A DNA stretch of 53,834 bases from contig JAWOID010000089.1 of the NCBI GenBank assembly GCA_046484865.1, positions 1-53,834 of the forward strand, read 5' to 3'. This DNA comes from Candidatus Krumholzibacteriia bacterium (lineage in GTDB: Bacteria > Krumholzibacteriota > Krumholzibacteriia > LZORAL124-64-63). The stretch's first letter is position 1. Each line of letters begins with the position of its first letter. Both the position numbers and the translations under genes were made by a program. Of this stretch, positions 1-9,770 are shown one piece after another. The notes under the pieces are model-generated. The model was not told the origin of the DNA. It did no database searches and saw nothing but the letters and a program-made list of their open reading frames with translations.

Positions 1-33
1 GTCCCGGACCGTCGACCTTGCCTCTCTCCTCCG

Positions 34-68
34 ATCAAAGAAGTAGAGCCCCGGCAGGGCCGGGGCTC
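34..68 (-). terminator. Intrinsic terminator downstream of the astacin gene
   Basis: 10-bp stem GAGCCCCGGC (46-55) / GCCGGGGCTC (59-68), followed on the minus strand by TACTTCTTTG, about 40 nt after the stop codon. Confidence 0.7.
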
Positions 69-106
69 AGGAACAGATCTGTGCCTACTTGACTAGCCGT
101 TCCAAA

Positions 107-2581
107 TCACTTGATCATCACGATCTTCGCGGCTGATTCCTCCGCGCCGGCTCGGAAGTGGACGAAGTAGACGCCGGCCATGGCCCGCCCACCCAGCCGG
201 TCCCGCCCGTCCCAGGAGACCTGGTGACGACCGGACGTCATCAACTCATCCGCCAGCACCCGCACCAGATGACCCCGAGCGTCGAAGATCCGCACCAGGA
301 CGCGCTCGTCCCGGGCCAGGCCCAGCTCGACGGTCGTGGTGGGGTTGAAGGGATTCGGGTAGACGGCCAGCAGGCCCGTCCGGACCGCCGGCAGCTCGCG
401 CCCCTTGTCGCCCGGACCTTCCCCGCGGTGCGGGTCCTTGCCGAGCGGCGGCGACTCGAGGCGCTCGAGCGTGAAGATGTCCTCCACCAGGTAGTCGGTT
501 CCGTCGGCGCCCCGATAGTGGAGACCGACCGGTTCGCTCCCATCGTCGAGCGAGATGGCGTCGTCGTCGCCCGCTAGGGGCGTGCCGATGATCCGCTCGA
601 CTTCCCGGACCGAGTAGGTCACGGCCAGATCCTCGCGGCCGTCGCCGGTCGCGTCCATGGCCGAGCTCTCCAGCGGGCGCGCCACACCGGAGGTGTTGCC
701 GACGTAGACCCGCGCGGCGTCGACCCTCGTCGCGTCGAAGGCTTCGCGCAGGACGATCCGGTTGCCTTCGGCGTCGTAGGTGATGTCCGGCGGCTGCGAC
801 GGCACGATGAGCATGAACTGCCGTCGGGTCGGTTCGAAGCCGCCGTGGGCCGGGTCGAGGCCGGTCGAGGCGAGAGCCCAGCCCTCCTGGTCGTGGGGTA
901 CGCGGACCTCGGCCGAACTCTGGTTCGTGTTGTTGGAGTCGTCGGTGACCATGTAGGTGATCGTGTAGATGCGTCCATCGCCTCCTCCGGAGCGCTCGGA
1001 GCGCAGCAGGAAGTTCCCGCCGGGCAGGATGACGATGTCTTCGGTGGTGTCTCCGTCACCGCCGTCGTTGTCGGGTTCGTTGCAGGTGACGCTGACCAGC
1101 TGGATCACCGGGTCGGGATCGCAGCTGTCCTCGACCGTCACCGTGGCCGTGATCGGCACCATCTTGTGATTGGGCGGCCAGAGGACGTCGCGGTCGACCT
1201 CGACCAGGATCGAGGGCGGCGTGACGTCGATCACCTCGACCGGCGCTTCGCAGGAGTCCATCAAGCCGCAGATGTCGGTGATGGTGATCCTCACCTCGTG
1301 CGAGCCCACACCGCAGACCTCCACGGTCTCGCCGGGAACGACCGGCATTCCGTCGACGGCCGTGATCTGTGTGGTGACGATGTCCGAAGCGCCGTCGGGA
1401 TCGTAGGAGCCACCGTCGATGTCGGCTAGATCGACCACGATGCAGCAATGTTCGTCTGCCTCGGCCGCGAAGGGCTGGCTCACGGCAACCGGGGCCTGGT
1501 CCAGGAGTTCGACGGCGGCGTCCTCGCTGCTCGTCTCGCCGCACTGGTCGGTGATCGTCAGGGTGAAGATGTAAGTGCCCAGCCCGCAGACCTCGTACTG
1601 CTGCACGCAGCCGACGTCCGCGCCGTCGACGGCGGTGATGCAGATCGAGGCGATGTCGCCGGCACCATCTGGATCGGTGGAGCCGCCGTCGATGTCGGCG
1701 ACGTCGACGGCCAGGCAGCAGCCCTGGTCGGGATGCGCCGCATAGCCCCGCGTCACGGCCAGGGGCGGGCTGTTGAAGGTGGGCCCGTAGCGGGCGGCCA
1801 TGCCGGCCATGTCGGCGGCGCTGAGGTGATTGCGCTGACCGATCGCGTTCTGCCAGGCGACGTCCCAGGGGGAATTGACCTCGATGGTGCGGCAGTTGTC
1901 CGGGTCGGCGCCGCAGTCGGCGCAGGTGGAGAAGCCGCACTGGCCGTAGTGCATGACGGAATCGAAGTCGTAATCGCCGTAGTTCTCGCTGGCGCGCTCC
2001 TCGAAGTTGTGGTTGCAGGAACCGCCGCTGCAGCAGTCCTGACAGACCCGGTCCAGGCGCATCGTGACCCAGGTATCGCGGCCGGCGCGCGAGTGCTCGT
2101 GGATCTGCCCGAGGGCGTGGGCGATCTCGTGGGCGATGGTGAAGATGGCGTTCCAGCTGACGATGCTCAGGTTCTGGGGCCCGCCCTGCATGCCGACGAA
2201 GGACCAGTTGCCGTCGCCGGTGAAGACGTGGATGAAGTCGCTCTGGTCGGTGCGCTCGACGAAGTTCAGGCCCGCCACGCAGGCCCAATGCTGGGCGGCC
2301 GCAAGCCAGTTGTCGCGCTGCCACTGCTCCAGGGCGCCGTCGAACTCGTAGAAGACGTTGCCGTCGGTCCAGCGGGTGCCGGTGAAGCCGCTCTTGGTCA
2401 GTTTGTCCACCCGGAAGGCCATGTCGTCCAGCAGGATGTAGTCCTTGCCGGGCTCGGCCTTGGCGAGCAGGTCCAGGACCGCCGGTGTGACACCGGTGCC
2501 GTCCTCGGGGAAGAAGGTCGACGCGAGAGTCGGGCCGGACAGGCCCAGCAAGCAGAGGATGGAGATCAGTGCGATTTTCAC
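107..2581 (-). CDS. Secreted astacin-family (M12A) zinc metalloprotease with two Ig/PKD-like repeats, an LWPPNHK-type Ig-like domain and a C-terminal FlgD-like/PNPFNP sorting domain (824 aa)
   Basis: HEIAHALGQIHEHSR (HExxHxxGxxHE) and the SVMHY Met-turn. Signal peptide from GTG 2581 with an AAGGGAG RBS. C-terminal YPNPFNP...WDGRD..G...AGVYFV. Confidence 0.88.
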   Translation of the reverse strand: MKIALISILCLLGLSGPTLASTFFPEDGTGVTPAVLDLLAKAEPGKDYILLDDMAFRVDKLTKSGFTGTRWTDGNVFYEFDGALEQWQRDNWLAAAQHWACVAGLNFVERTDQSDFIHVFTGDGNWSFVGMQGGPQNLSIVSWNAIFTIAHEIAHALGQIHEHSRAGRDTWVTMRLDRVCQDCCSGGSCNHNFEERASENYGDYDFDSVMHYGQCGFSTCADCGADPDNCRTIEVNSPWDVAWQNAIGQRNHLSAADMAGMAARYGPTFNSPPLAVTRGYAAHPDQGCCLAVDVADIDGGSTDPDGAGDIASICITAVDGADVGCVQQYEVCGLGTYIFTLTITDQCGETSSEDAAVELLDQAPVAVSQPFAAEADEHCCIVVDLADIDGGSYDPDGASDIVTTQITAVDGMPVVPGETVEVCGVGSHEVRITITDICGLMDSCEAPVEVIDVTPPSILVEVDRDVLWPPNHKMVPITATVTVEDSCDPDPVIQLVSVTCNEPDNDGGDGDTTEDIVILPGGNFLLRSERSGGGDGRIYTITYMVTDDSNNTNQSSAEVRVPHDQEGWALASTGLDPAHGGFEPTRRQFMLIVPSQPPDITYDAEGNRIVLREAFDATRVDAARVYVGNTSGVARPLESSAMDATGDGREDLAVTYSVREVERIIGTPLAGDDDAISLDDGSEPVGLHYRGADGTDYLVEDIFTLERLESPPLGKDPHRGEGPGDKGRELPAVRTGLLAVYPNPFNPTTTVELGLARDERVLVRIFDARGHLVRVLADELMTSGRHQVSWDGRDRLGGRAMAGVYFVHFRAGAEESAAKIVMIK

Positions 2582-2764
2582 GGTCGCTCCCTTCGTGAGG
2601 GCATGGGAACGGGCGATTCCCTGGTCAGCGGGAATCGGCGATGGCGTCGGAGATGGTCTTTCGAGCGGCTCCGAGGCGGGCCCTGTCTCGTGTCGTGATT
2701 GGATGTGCGTCCGCGTTCCCCCGCATCGCGCCGGACGGCATCCGCCCCCCCCGAGCGGACGCAT

Positions 2765-2794
2765 AGCCTATTTGAAGATGAATTCCTAAGTCAA
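2765..2794 (-). promoter_or_regulatory. Putative sigma70-type promoter of the astacin gene
   Basis: Minus strand TTGACT-N18-TAGGCT in a locally AT-rich patch. Confidence 0.45.
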
Positions 2795-2985
2795 GAACCG
2801 AAGCGGCAAACCGGGAATGGCGGCGGTGGCATCCTGCATCCGTGCGACCGAATGCGACCTGCGCGCCCCCGGGAAGGAGGGCTGCCCGGCCGCAATGGCC
2901 GCGACGGAGTTCGTGCGCGAGGCGAACGTTTCGGCCCCCGGCTCGTGCGAACCGGGGGCCTGGACGGAGTGACGCCGGCCGAGGC

Positions 2986-4038
2986 TCAGTCGGCCCGCTT
3001 CGCGGTGCCGACCACATCGAACTCGATCGTCGGGTCGAAGGGCGGCATGGGCGGAGCCACGTCGAAGCGGCCGTTCACCGCGTACAGTCGGTCGCCGAAC
3101 CCGGTGATCGTCGTCGGGATCCGGAACAGCGGACTCGTGATGCTGCCGGCGAGACGACCGGACGCGAGGTCGGGAGCGAGTTCGACCACGGCGATCTGGT
3201 TCAGGAGATTCTGCACGACATAGAGCGTGTGGCCGTCGAGCAGGATGCCGTCGCCGAAGGGAAGGCTCTCGCCGCCGAGGTCGATCGAGGTCGCCATCCC
3301 GGTGGACGGGTCCACCCGGTAGAGCGTGCCCAGGCACATGTTCACCACGACCAGCGAGGCGCCGTCCGCCGTCGCGTCGATACCGTTGGCGTTGATCGGA
3401 AAGGGGAAGCCCGGACAGTCGCTCGTCATCGTGAAGTCGCCCCCGAGCGGGACCACCTCGAAGCCGGCCGGCTGCGGCAGACCGCCAGCGGCGTCCAGCG
3501 GGACGCGGTACAGCACCGGACGGGACGAATCGGTGAACCAGGCCGCGGTGCGGGTCACCGCCACGTCGTTGATAAAGACGTCCCCGCTGGCGAACTGGAA
3601 GTCGGCGAGGCAGACCCCGGTCTTGGTGTCGTAGACATGCCCGGATCCGAGCGGACCGCCCGCGACGAAGAGGCACGCGCTCCGCTGATCGAAGGACAGA
3701 CCGACCGCGACGCGATCGGGACGAGGGGCCACCAGGAGTTCGCCCTCGCCGGTCCTCAGGTCGCCGCGGTAGATCGCGCCGCCGGCGATCGAGCCCACGT
3801 AGAAGGTCGTGCCGCGGCCGCCGGCGATCCCCTCGGGATGGAATCCGTCGGGCAGAGGGACCACCGCGGGAAAGACGCTGGCTGGCTCCTGCCCGTCGGC
3901 GGTCGCCACCCTCGACTTGATGTCGGCGTCGGTGAGGGCGGTCTGCAGGCCCGGCGACGCGGGCTCATCCCCGCAGCCGGGCAAAAGGGCCGCCGACAGA
4001 AGCACGGCGACCAGAACGACCAGATTGCTCCATGGCAT
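2986..4038 (-). CDS. Lipoprotein, SMP-30/gluconolactonase-like beta-propeller (350 aa)
   Basis: Lipobox-like LLPGC after a hydrophobic stretch. Blade motifs FHPEGIA, FINDVAV, ANGIDA, FGDGILL. GGAGG RBS before ATG 4038. Confidence 0.75.
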   Translation of the reverse strand: MPWSNLVVLVAVLLSAALLPGCGDEPASPGLQTALTDADIKSRVATADGQEPASVFPAVVPLPDGFHPEGIAGGRGTTFYVGSIAGGAIYRGDLRTGEGELLVAPRPDRVAVGLSFDQRSACLFVAGGPLGSGHVYDTKTGVCLADFQFASGDVFINDVAVTRTAAWFTDSSRPVLYRVPLDAAGGLPQPAGFEVVPLGGDFTMTSDCPGFPFPINANGIDATADGASLVVVNMCLGTLYRVDPSTGMATSIDLGGESLPFGDGILLDGHTLYVVQNLLNQIAVVELAPDLASGRLAGSITSPLFRIPTTITGFGDRLYAVNGRFDVAPPMPPFDPTIEFDVVGTAKRAD

Positions 4039-4101
4039 GGTATGCCTCCGTATCGGTTCAGGTATCCGCAACTCGGCCGCCCATCGACCGAATCGCCGCT
4101 G

Positions 4102-6141
4102 TCAACGGACCAAAACGGCCGCGATCGACGACGACACCCCCGCACTCCCGGTCAGCCGCAGGTAGTAGATCCCCGAGGCCAGGTTCCGGCCCTGGGCGTC
4201 GCGGCCATCCCAGCGCACCCGGTGTTCACCGGCGAGCAATGAGCCGAGCGGCTGCTGCACGAGCCGCCGGCCGCGCAGGTCGTGGACCTCCAGCGAAACC
4301 TCGCCCGGCCGCAGGACGTCGAACCGGAACTCGGTGGTGGGGTTGAACGGGTTGGGCGCCAGGCCGAGGCCAACGAACGCCGGGGCCCACGGCCCGGCTC
4401 CCGCCGGCGGGGGCTCGACCGCCGATGGCGAAGCCGGTCCGCGGATCGCGGCGGTATGGTACAGTCCGGCGGAGAGCGCCAGAAATCCCGAGTTGGGTTC
4501 CGGCACGTCGCCCTGCCCCCTGTTGGTCCAGCCCCAGCAGACGATCGATCCGTCCTCCTTCAGGCCCAGGCTGTGGTACTGGCTGGCGCTGACGGCGACG
4601 AACCCGCTGTTGGGAGCCGGCGGGTCGCACTGCCCGACATTGTTGTATCCCCAGCCGACGATCGAACCGTCCGACTTCAAGCCGAGGCTGTGGTTGCTGC
4701 CGGCGGCGATCGCCACGAAGTCCGTGTTCGGCACCGGCAGCACGCACTGACCGTAGTAGTTGTCGCCCCAGGCGACGACCGAGCCCTCGGCCCTCAGCGC
4801 CACGTTGTGCCCACCGCCGCAGGCGATCGACACGAAATCGGCGTTGGGCTCCGGCACCACCGCCAGGCCGGAGGTGGTGTCGCCCCAGGCGACCAGCGTT
4901 CCGTCGGACTTCATGCCCAGGCTGCGGCCCAGAGCCGCGGCCACCTGGATGAAGTCGGCGTTCGGCTCGGGGACGTCGCACGGCTCGCGATAGTTGTCGC
5001 CCCAGGCGACGATCGACCCGTCGGCCTTCAGCCCCAGGACGTGATGGCTGCTGCCGTCGACGCGGACGAAGCCCGCGTTCGGCTCCGGCACCACGGTTCG
5101 CCCGAACAGGTCGTGGCCCCAGGCGACCAGGGAACCGCCCGCGCTCACCGCGATCGCGTAGCTCTCGTCCGCGACGACCGAGAGAAATCCCTCGTTCGGG
5201 GCGCCGATGTAGCACTGGCCGCTGAAGTTCTGGCCCCACATGGCGACCGTGCCGTCAGGGCGCAGAGCGACGGTGTGGCCGTATCCTCCGTCCGCGCTCG
5301 TGAAGGTCGTCTCAGACGGCGGGATCTGGCAGGCCCCGTACTGGTCCCAGCCCCAGACCTCGAGGGTGCCGTCCAATCGCCAGGCCATGCTGTGCTTGTA
5401 GCCGGCTCCGACGGCGACGAAGCCGGAGTTCGGTACCGGCGCCGTGCACTGCCCCTCCAGATCGAAGCCCCAGAGCCGGACGCTGCCGTCCTCCTTCAGG
5501 GCGATGTTGTGCAGGTCGCCGGCGGCGATCGCGACGAAGCCGGCATTGATGTCCGGCCCCTGGCACTGGTCATAGGTGTTGTCCCCCCACAACGCGATCG
5601 TGCCGTCGGCTCTCAGCGCCATGCTGTGGCGTTCTCCGGCCGAGATTGCGACGAACCCCCCGTTGGGGCTCGGGATGTCGCACTGTCCCCAGGTGTTCGC
5701 GCCCCAGGCGACGAGCGAGCTGTCCGGACGCAGCGCCAGGGCATGGTTGGTGCCGGCGGCGATCGCGACGAAGCCCCCGACGGGGTCCGGCACCGTGCAC
5801 TGGCCGCTGGTGTTGCGTCCCCAGGCGGCGACCGAGCCGTCGGCCCTCAAGGCGAGGCTGAACAGGTGGCCGGCGTCGATCGCGACGAAACCGGCGTTCG
5901 GCGAGGGCAGGACGCACTGCCCCTCCTCGTCCCGACCCCAGGCCGCGACCGTGCCGTCGTTCTTCAGGACGAGCGTGTGGAAGCCGCCCGCGGCGACGGC
6001 CTGGAGATCCTGGAGCGCGTCCTGCTCGACGATCCGCTGGCTGCCCCAGGTGACGACCGGGCCGGTCGTCTGCCCGGAGGCGATGGCGGGCCAGGTCAAG
6101 GCGATGCAGAGCAGGCCCAGGACTGCTGATTTCGCGACCAT
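4102..6141 (-). CDS. Secreted RCC1/BLIP-II-like repeat protein with FlgD-like C-terminal domain (679 aa)
   Basis: About 14 repeats of ~40 aa (FVAIAAGxxHxLALKxDGSxxAWGxNxxGQC), consistent with two 7-bladed propellers. Signal peptide, APNPFNP tail, GGAGG RBS. Confidence 0.88.
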   Translation of the reverse strand: MVAKSAVLGLLCIALTWPAIASGQTTGPVVTWGSQRIVEQDALQDLQAVAAGGFHTLVLKNDGTVAAWGRDEEGQCVLPSPNAGFVAIDAGHLFSLALRADGSVAAWGRNTSGQCTVPDPVGGFVAIAAGTNHALALRPDSSLVAWGANTWGQCDIPSPNGGFVAISAGERHSMALRADGTIALWGDNTYDQCQGPDINAGFVAIAAGDLHNIALKEDGSVRLWGFDLEGQCTAPVPNSGFVAVGAGYKHSMAWRLDGTLEVWGWDQYGACQIPPSETTFTSADGGYGHTVALRPDGTVAMWGQNFSGQCYIGAPNEGFLSVVADESYAIAVSAGGSLVAWGHDLFGRTVVPEPNAGFVRVDGSSHHVLGLKADGSIVAWGDNYREPCDVPEPNADFIQVAAALGRSLGMKSDGTLVAWGDTTSGLAVVPEPNADFVSIACGGGHNVALRAEGSVVAWGDNYYGQCVLPVPNTDFVAIAAGSNHSLGLKSDGSIVGWGYNNVGQCDPPAPNSGFVAVSASQYHSLGLKEDGSIVCWGWTNRGQGDVPEPNSGFLALSAGLYHTAAIRGPASPSAVEPPPAGAGPWAPAFVGLGLAPNPFNPTTEFRFDVLRPGEVSLEVHDLRGRRLVQQPLGSLLAGEHRVRWDGRDAQGRNLASGIYYLRLTGSAGVSSSIAAVLVR

Positions 6142-6234
6142 GAGGACCTCCGTCGGTTTCGATGTCGTCAGCGGCGCGGCCCGTGCCGGCGGAGGCCTGT
6201 CCACTGGTGCCGGCGTGGGACCTGTCCATCGGTG

Positions 6235-6411
6235 ATGACGAACCAGGGGGCGGGAAATCACAGGAGGCCGCGCTGGACCGTCTCTTCCTACCACCACGAC
6301 CACCGGGGCGAGTGGCAGCACCCGCGTCTGATGGCGCTTCTGCGCGATCTCGGCTACCGGGTCAGGGAAGCCGAGCCCCGTCCGGGTGCCTGGCGGATCT
6401 ACGCCTGGTAG
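6235..6411 (+). pseudogene. 58-codon ORF resembling the C-terminus of an FkbM-family methyltransferase (probable gene remnant)
   Basis: My translation: MTNQGAGNHRRPRWTVSSYHHDHRGEWQHPRLMALLRDLGYRVREAEPRPGAWRIYAW*. The RPRWTVSSYH...LLRDLGY pattern recalls FkbM C-termini. Shorter than any ORF in the supplied track. Confidence 0.35.
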
Positions 6412-6548
6412 GCCAGTCGGATCTCCCTGCGGACAGACCTTGCACCGGGCGCACCCGTGAACGATCCTGCCTGGGCATCCCGGAATCCGGGATTCCGGAC
6501 CGATACGGAGCAGGACGCGCACGCGACGAGTGGGAGGGCAGGCCGCAG

Positions 6549-7847
6549 ATGATCGACCGTTACGCCACCCCGGAGATGACGGCTATCTGGTCCGACACCG
6601 CCCGGCTCGAGCTGTGGCAGGAGATCGAGGTCACGGTCTGCGAGGTGCGCGCGGAACGCGGCGAGATCCCGCAGGACGCGGCGCGGGAGATCCGGGCGCG
6701 GGCGCGTTTCGAGACCGAGCGGGTGCTCGAGATCGAGCGGACCGTGCAGCACGACGTGATCGCGTTTCTCACCAACCTGGCCGAGCACGTGGGGCCCGCC
6801 AGCCGGTACGTCCACCAGGGGATGACGAGCAGCGATCTGCTGGACACGGCGTTCGCCCTGCAGATCGTCCGCGCGGGCGAGGTGCTGCGCGCCGCCACGG
6901 TGGAACTGCTGCAGGCGGTGGAGGATCGCGCGCGGGAGCACCGCGACACGGTGATGGTGGGGCGCAGCCACGGCATCCACGCGCAACCCACCACGTTCGG
7001 GCTCAAGCTGCTGGTCTACTGGTCGGCGCTGCGGCGGGGGCTGGCGCGGCTCGACGCCGGCATCGGCGAGTGTCGCCACGGGCAGATCTCCGGTGCGGTG
7101 GGCACTCACGCGCAGCTCGACCCGGCGGTGGAAGTGGAGACGTGCCGGCGGCTGGGTCTCGAGCACGCTGCGGTCTCCACCCAGGTCCTCCAGCGTGACC
7201 GGCATGCGGCCTTCCTGTGCGCCGTGTCGCTCCTGGGCGCCACGCTCGAGCAGATGGCCGTGGAGTTCCGCAACCTCCAGCGCACCGACGTGCACGAGGT
7301 GGAGGAGCCGTTCGGCAAGGGTCAGAAGGGCTCCAGCGCCATGCCGCACAAGAAGAACCCGATCGTCTGCGAGAAGATCACGGGGATGGCCCGCCTGCTG
7401 CGCGGCTATGCGCATACCGCCACCGAGAACGTGGCGCTCTGGCATGAGCGCGACATCAGCCACAGCTCGGTCGAGCGCATCATCTTCCCCGACGCCTGCC
7501 ACACGCTGCACCACATGCTGCAGCAGATGACGCGGGTTGTTCGCGGACTCGTGGTTTTTCCGGACCACATGCAGCGCAACCTGGAGAAGGTGCGCGGCAT
7601 GGTCTTCAGCGAGGGTGTGCTGCTGGCGCTGACCGAGGCGGGTCTGAGTCGCGAGGAGGCCTACGGCTGGGTGCAGCGCGCGGCCATGCGCGTGTGGGCA
7701 GAGGACGTTCCGTTCCGCCGGGCGCTGGGCGAAGACCCCGATATCGCCCGGCACCTCGACGCCGACACCCTCGACCGCTGCTTCGATCTGGCTCACCAGC
7801 TGCGGCACGTTCCGCACCTGTTCGAGCGGACGCTCGGCCCGGCATGA
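6549..7847 (+). CDS. purB: Adenylosuccinate lyase
   Basis: MIDRY start, [14 protein letters not shown] and the [10 protein letters not shown] fumarase-family signature. Confidence 0.96.
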   Translation: MIDRYATPEMTAIWSDTARLELWQEIEVTVCEVRAERGEIPQDAAREIRARARFETERVLEIERTVQHDVIAFLTNLAEHVGPASRYVHQGMTSSDLLDTAFALQIVRAGEVLRAATVELLQAVEDRAREHRDTVMVGRSHGIHAQPTTFGLKLLVYWSALRRGLARLDAGIGECRHGQISGAVGTHAQLDPAVEVETCRRLGLEHAAVSTQVLQRDRHAAFLCAVSLLGATLEQMAVEFRNLQRTDVHEVEEPFGKGQKGSSAMPHKKNPIVCEKITGMARLLRGYAHTATENVALWHERDISHSSVERIIFPDACHTLHHMLQQMTRVVRGLVVFPDHMQRNLEKVRGMVFSEGVLLALTEAGLSREEAYGWVQRAAMRVWAEDVPFRRALGEDPDIARHLDADTLDRCFDLAHQLRHVPHLFERTLGPA

Positions 7848-7857
7848 ACGAGCCGGA

Positions 7858-8715
7858 TCAACGGATCAACCGTCGACCGGATCGGGGAACGTGGCCGTGC
7901 CGCCGGGCCAGCAACTCCTGGTGGCGCTCGAAGACCTCGGTGGCGGCGCGGTAGCCCGCGTCGACGGCCTCGTCCAGCCGTTCGAACTGTTCGGTGGTGA
8001 ACTCCGCGCTCAGGTGCGGGCGCACCAGGAGGTCGGGAGGCTCGAGGGCCAAGCGAACTCGCCCCAGCGCGGCCGTGGGGATCTGGTACGACTTCAGCAG
8101 CAGCTCCACGATGAGCGGTCGCGCTTTCCCCCGCATGGTGGCCGCCAGACGCCCCAGGAAGCTCTCTTCGATCTGCACGTGCCGGTCGGCGGGCGGCGCC
8201 ACCTCCGCGGCCAGCACGGGCAGGTTCGTCATGGCCCGCGCCACTCCCACCGGCAGGGGGTCGAGGACGGCGCCGTCCACCAGGACGCGGCCGGCACGCT
8301 CGGTCGGCTTCATGATGCCGGGAAGCGCGATGGTCGCCCGCAAGGCGCTGATCAGATCGCCCTCCCGGATCACCACCCGTATGCCCTCCTGCAGATCCAC
8401 CGCCACCACGGCCAGCGGCAGGTCGAGGTCGGCGAAGGCGGCGGGTACCCGTCCAGCGAGGATCTCGGTGAGCTTGTTTTCGCGCAGCAGCCAGTTGCGG
8501 CTGCGCTGCAAGAGGCCGCCGGTGGTGAAGTCGGCGAAGACGTCATGAATGGACCGCCAGTCGTGACCGGCGGCGTGCAGCGCGCCGATCACCCCTCCGG
8601 TCGAACAGCCGACCACGACTTCCGCCTCGATACCACGCTCCTCCATCGCCTGCAGGACCCCGATCTGGGTCAGACTGCGCGCGCCGCCTCCGCCGAGCAC
8701 GAGCCCGATCTTCAT
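7858..8715 (-). CDS. Patatin-like phospholipase
   Basis: LGGGGAR glycine loop, GCSTG nucleophile motif, LVDGA catalytic Asp motif. Confidence 0.88.
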   Translation of the reverse strand: MKIGLVLGGGGARSLTQIGVLQAMEERGIEAEVVVGCSTGGVIGALHAAGHDWRSIHDVFADFTTGGLLQRSRNWLLRENKLTEILAGRVPAAFADLDLPLAVVAVDLQEGIRVVIREGDLISALRATIALPGIMKPTERAGRVLVDGAVLDPLPVGVARAMTNLPVLAAEVAPPADRHVQIEESFLGRLAATMRGKARPLIVELLLKSYQIPTAALGRVRLALEPPDLLVRPHLSAEFTTEQFERLDEAVDAGYRAATEVFERHQELLARRHGHVPRSGRRLIR

Positions 8716-8894
8716 GCGTCGCCCTCTCGCGTCCAGTCGAGCTGGTGATCTCCGAAGTGATCGTCTTCAACTCCCAGAGTCAACATACGACGCTCCGGCA
8801 TGCTCGTCGCCCCGGCCCACCTTGCGTGGTCGACCGGCTGGAGCGAACGTCCCTGTGGCCCACAGGCGCCGGACGCCCGCCCGGAAGGAGCACC

Positions 8895-9770
8895 ATGGCC
8901 ACGCGCATGGATCCGCAGCTCTACCGCATTCTGATGACCGCGCAGCGCGACGAACTCACCGGCTACCGGGTCTACTCCCGGTTGGCCCGGCGCGCGCGCA
9001 CGGAGGAGAACCGGCGGATCCTCGGGCGGATCGCCGCCACCGAGCTCGAGCACTACCGGACCTGGGAGGGGGTCACCGGACGCAAGCTGCGTGTTTCCCA
9101 CTGGAAGGTGGTCTTGTTCACGGCGCTGGCGCGGGTGTTCGGGCTGACGTTCGGCCTGCGGCTGATGGAGAAGGCGGAGCGCGAGGTGCAGGACATCTAC
9201 CGGGGGCTGGCGCCCACCCATCCCGAGGCCGAGAAGATGCTGCGCGACGAGGAGGAGCACGAGCACGAACTGCTGGGCATGCTGCAGGATCCGCTGCTCG
9301 ACAACATCGGCTCGGTGGTGCTCGGACTCAATGATGCCCTCGTGGAGTTGACCGGCGTCCTGGCCGGGCTCTCGTTCGCGTTCCAGGACACCCGCCTGAT
9401 CGGCGTGACGGGATTGATCACAGGCGTGGCGGCGTCGCTCTCGATGGCCGCCAGCGAGTATCTCTCCACCCGTGCGGAGGGCAGCGAGAGCGCCGGCCGC
9501 GCGGCGCTCTTCACCGGCATCGCCTACATCGTGACGGTGGCGCTGCTGGTGATGCCCTACTTCATCTTCGATCACTACCTGGTCTGCCTCGCCGTGACGC
9601 TCTGCATCGCGATGCTGATCATCGTCGTCTACAACTTCTACCTCTCGGTCGCCAAGGATTACAGCTTCCGCAAGCGATTCCTGGAGATGGCGGGCATCAG
9701 CCTCGGGGTGGCGACGCTCAGCTTCGGCATCGGCGTGCTGGTGCGGCAGGTCTTCGGGGTGGACGTGTAG
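8895..9770 (+). CDS. VIT1/CCC1-family iron/manganese transporter with N-terminal ferritin/rubrerythrin-like domain
   Basis: N-terminal ExxH motifs (ELEH, EEEH). VVLGLNDALVE and ASLSMAASEYLS VIT1 motifs with several TM helices. AAGGAG RBS. Confidence 0.88.
   Translation: MATRMDPQLYRILMTAQRDELTGYRVYSRLARRARTEENRRILGRIAATELEHYRTWEGVTGRKLRVSHWKVVLFTALARVFGLTFGLRLMEKAEREVQDIYRGLAPTHPEAEKMLRDEEEHEHELLGMLQDPLLDNIGSVVLGLNDALVELTGVLAGLSFAFQDTRLIGVTGLITGVAASLSMAASEYLSTRAEGSESAGRAALFTGIAYIVTVALLVMPYFIFDHYLVCLAVTLCIAMLIIVVYNFYLSVAKDYSFRKRFLEMAGISLGVATLSFGIGVLVRQVFGVDV

Noticed and set aside
2801..2830. GGCAAACC, the start of a c-di-GMP-I riboswitch motif
   Set aside because: The GNRA stem and downstream GCAAAG elements are missing, and the orientation is opposite to the flanking genes.
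4400..6060. Regular ~120-bp periodic DNA repeats that could be mistaken for an array
   Set aside because: They are degenerate coding repeats of the RCC1 protein, not CRISPR repeats with spacers. No cas genes are present in the window.
6162..6548. Long N-terminal extensions given by the ORF track for purB and, similarly, purF, oadA, sufC, hdrB and the sigma factor
   Set aside because: Downstream starts have RBSs or stop/start overlaps and coincide with the family N-termini.
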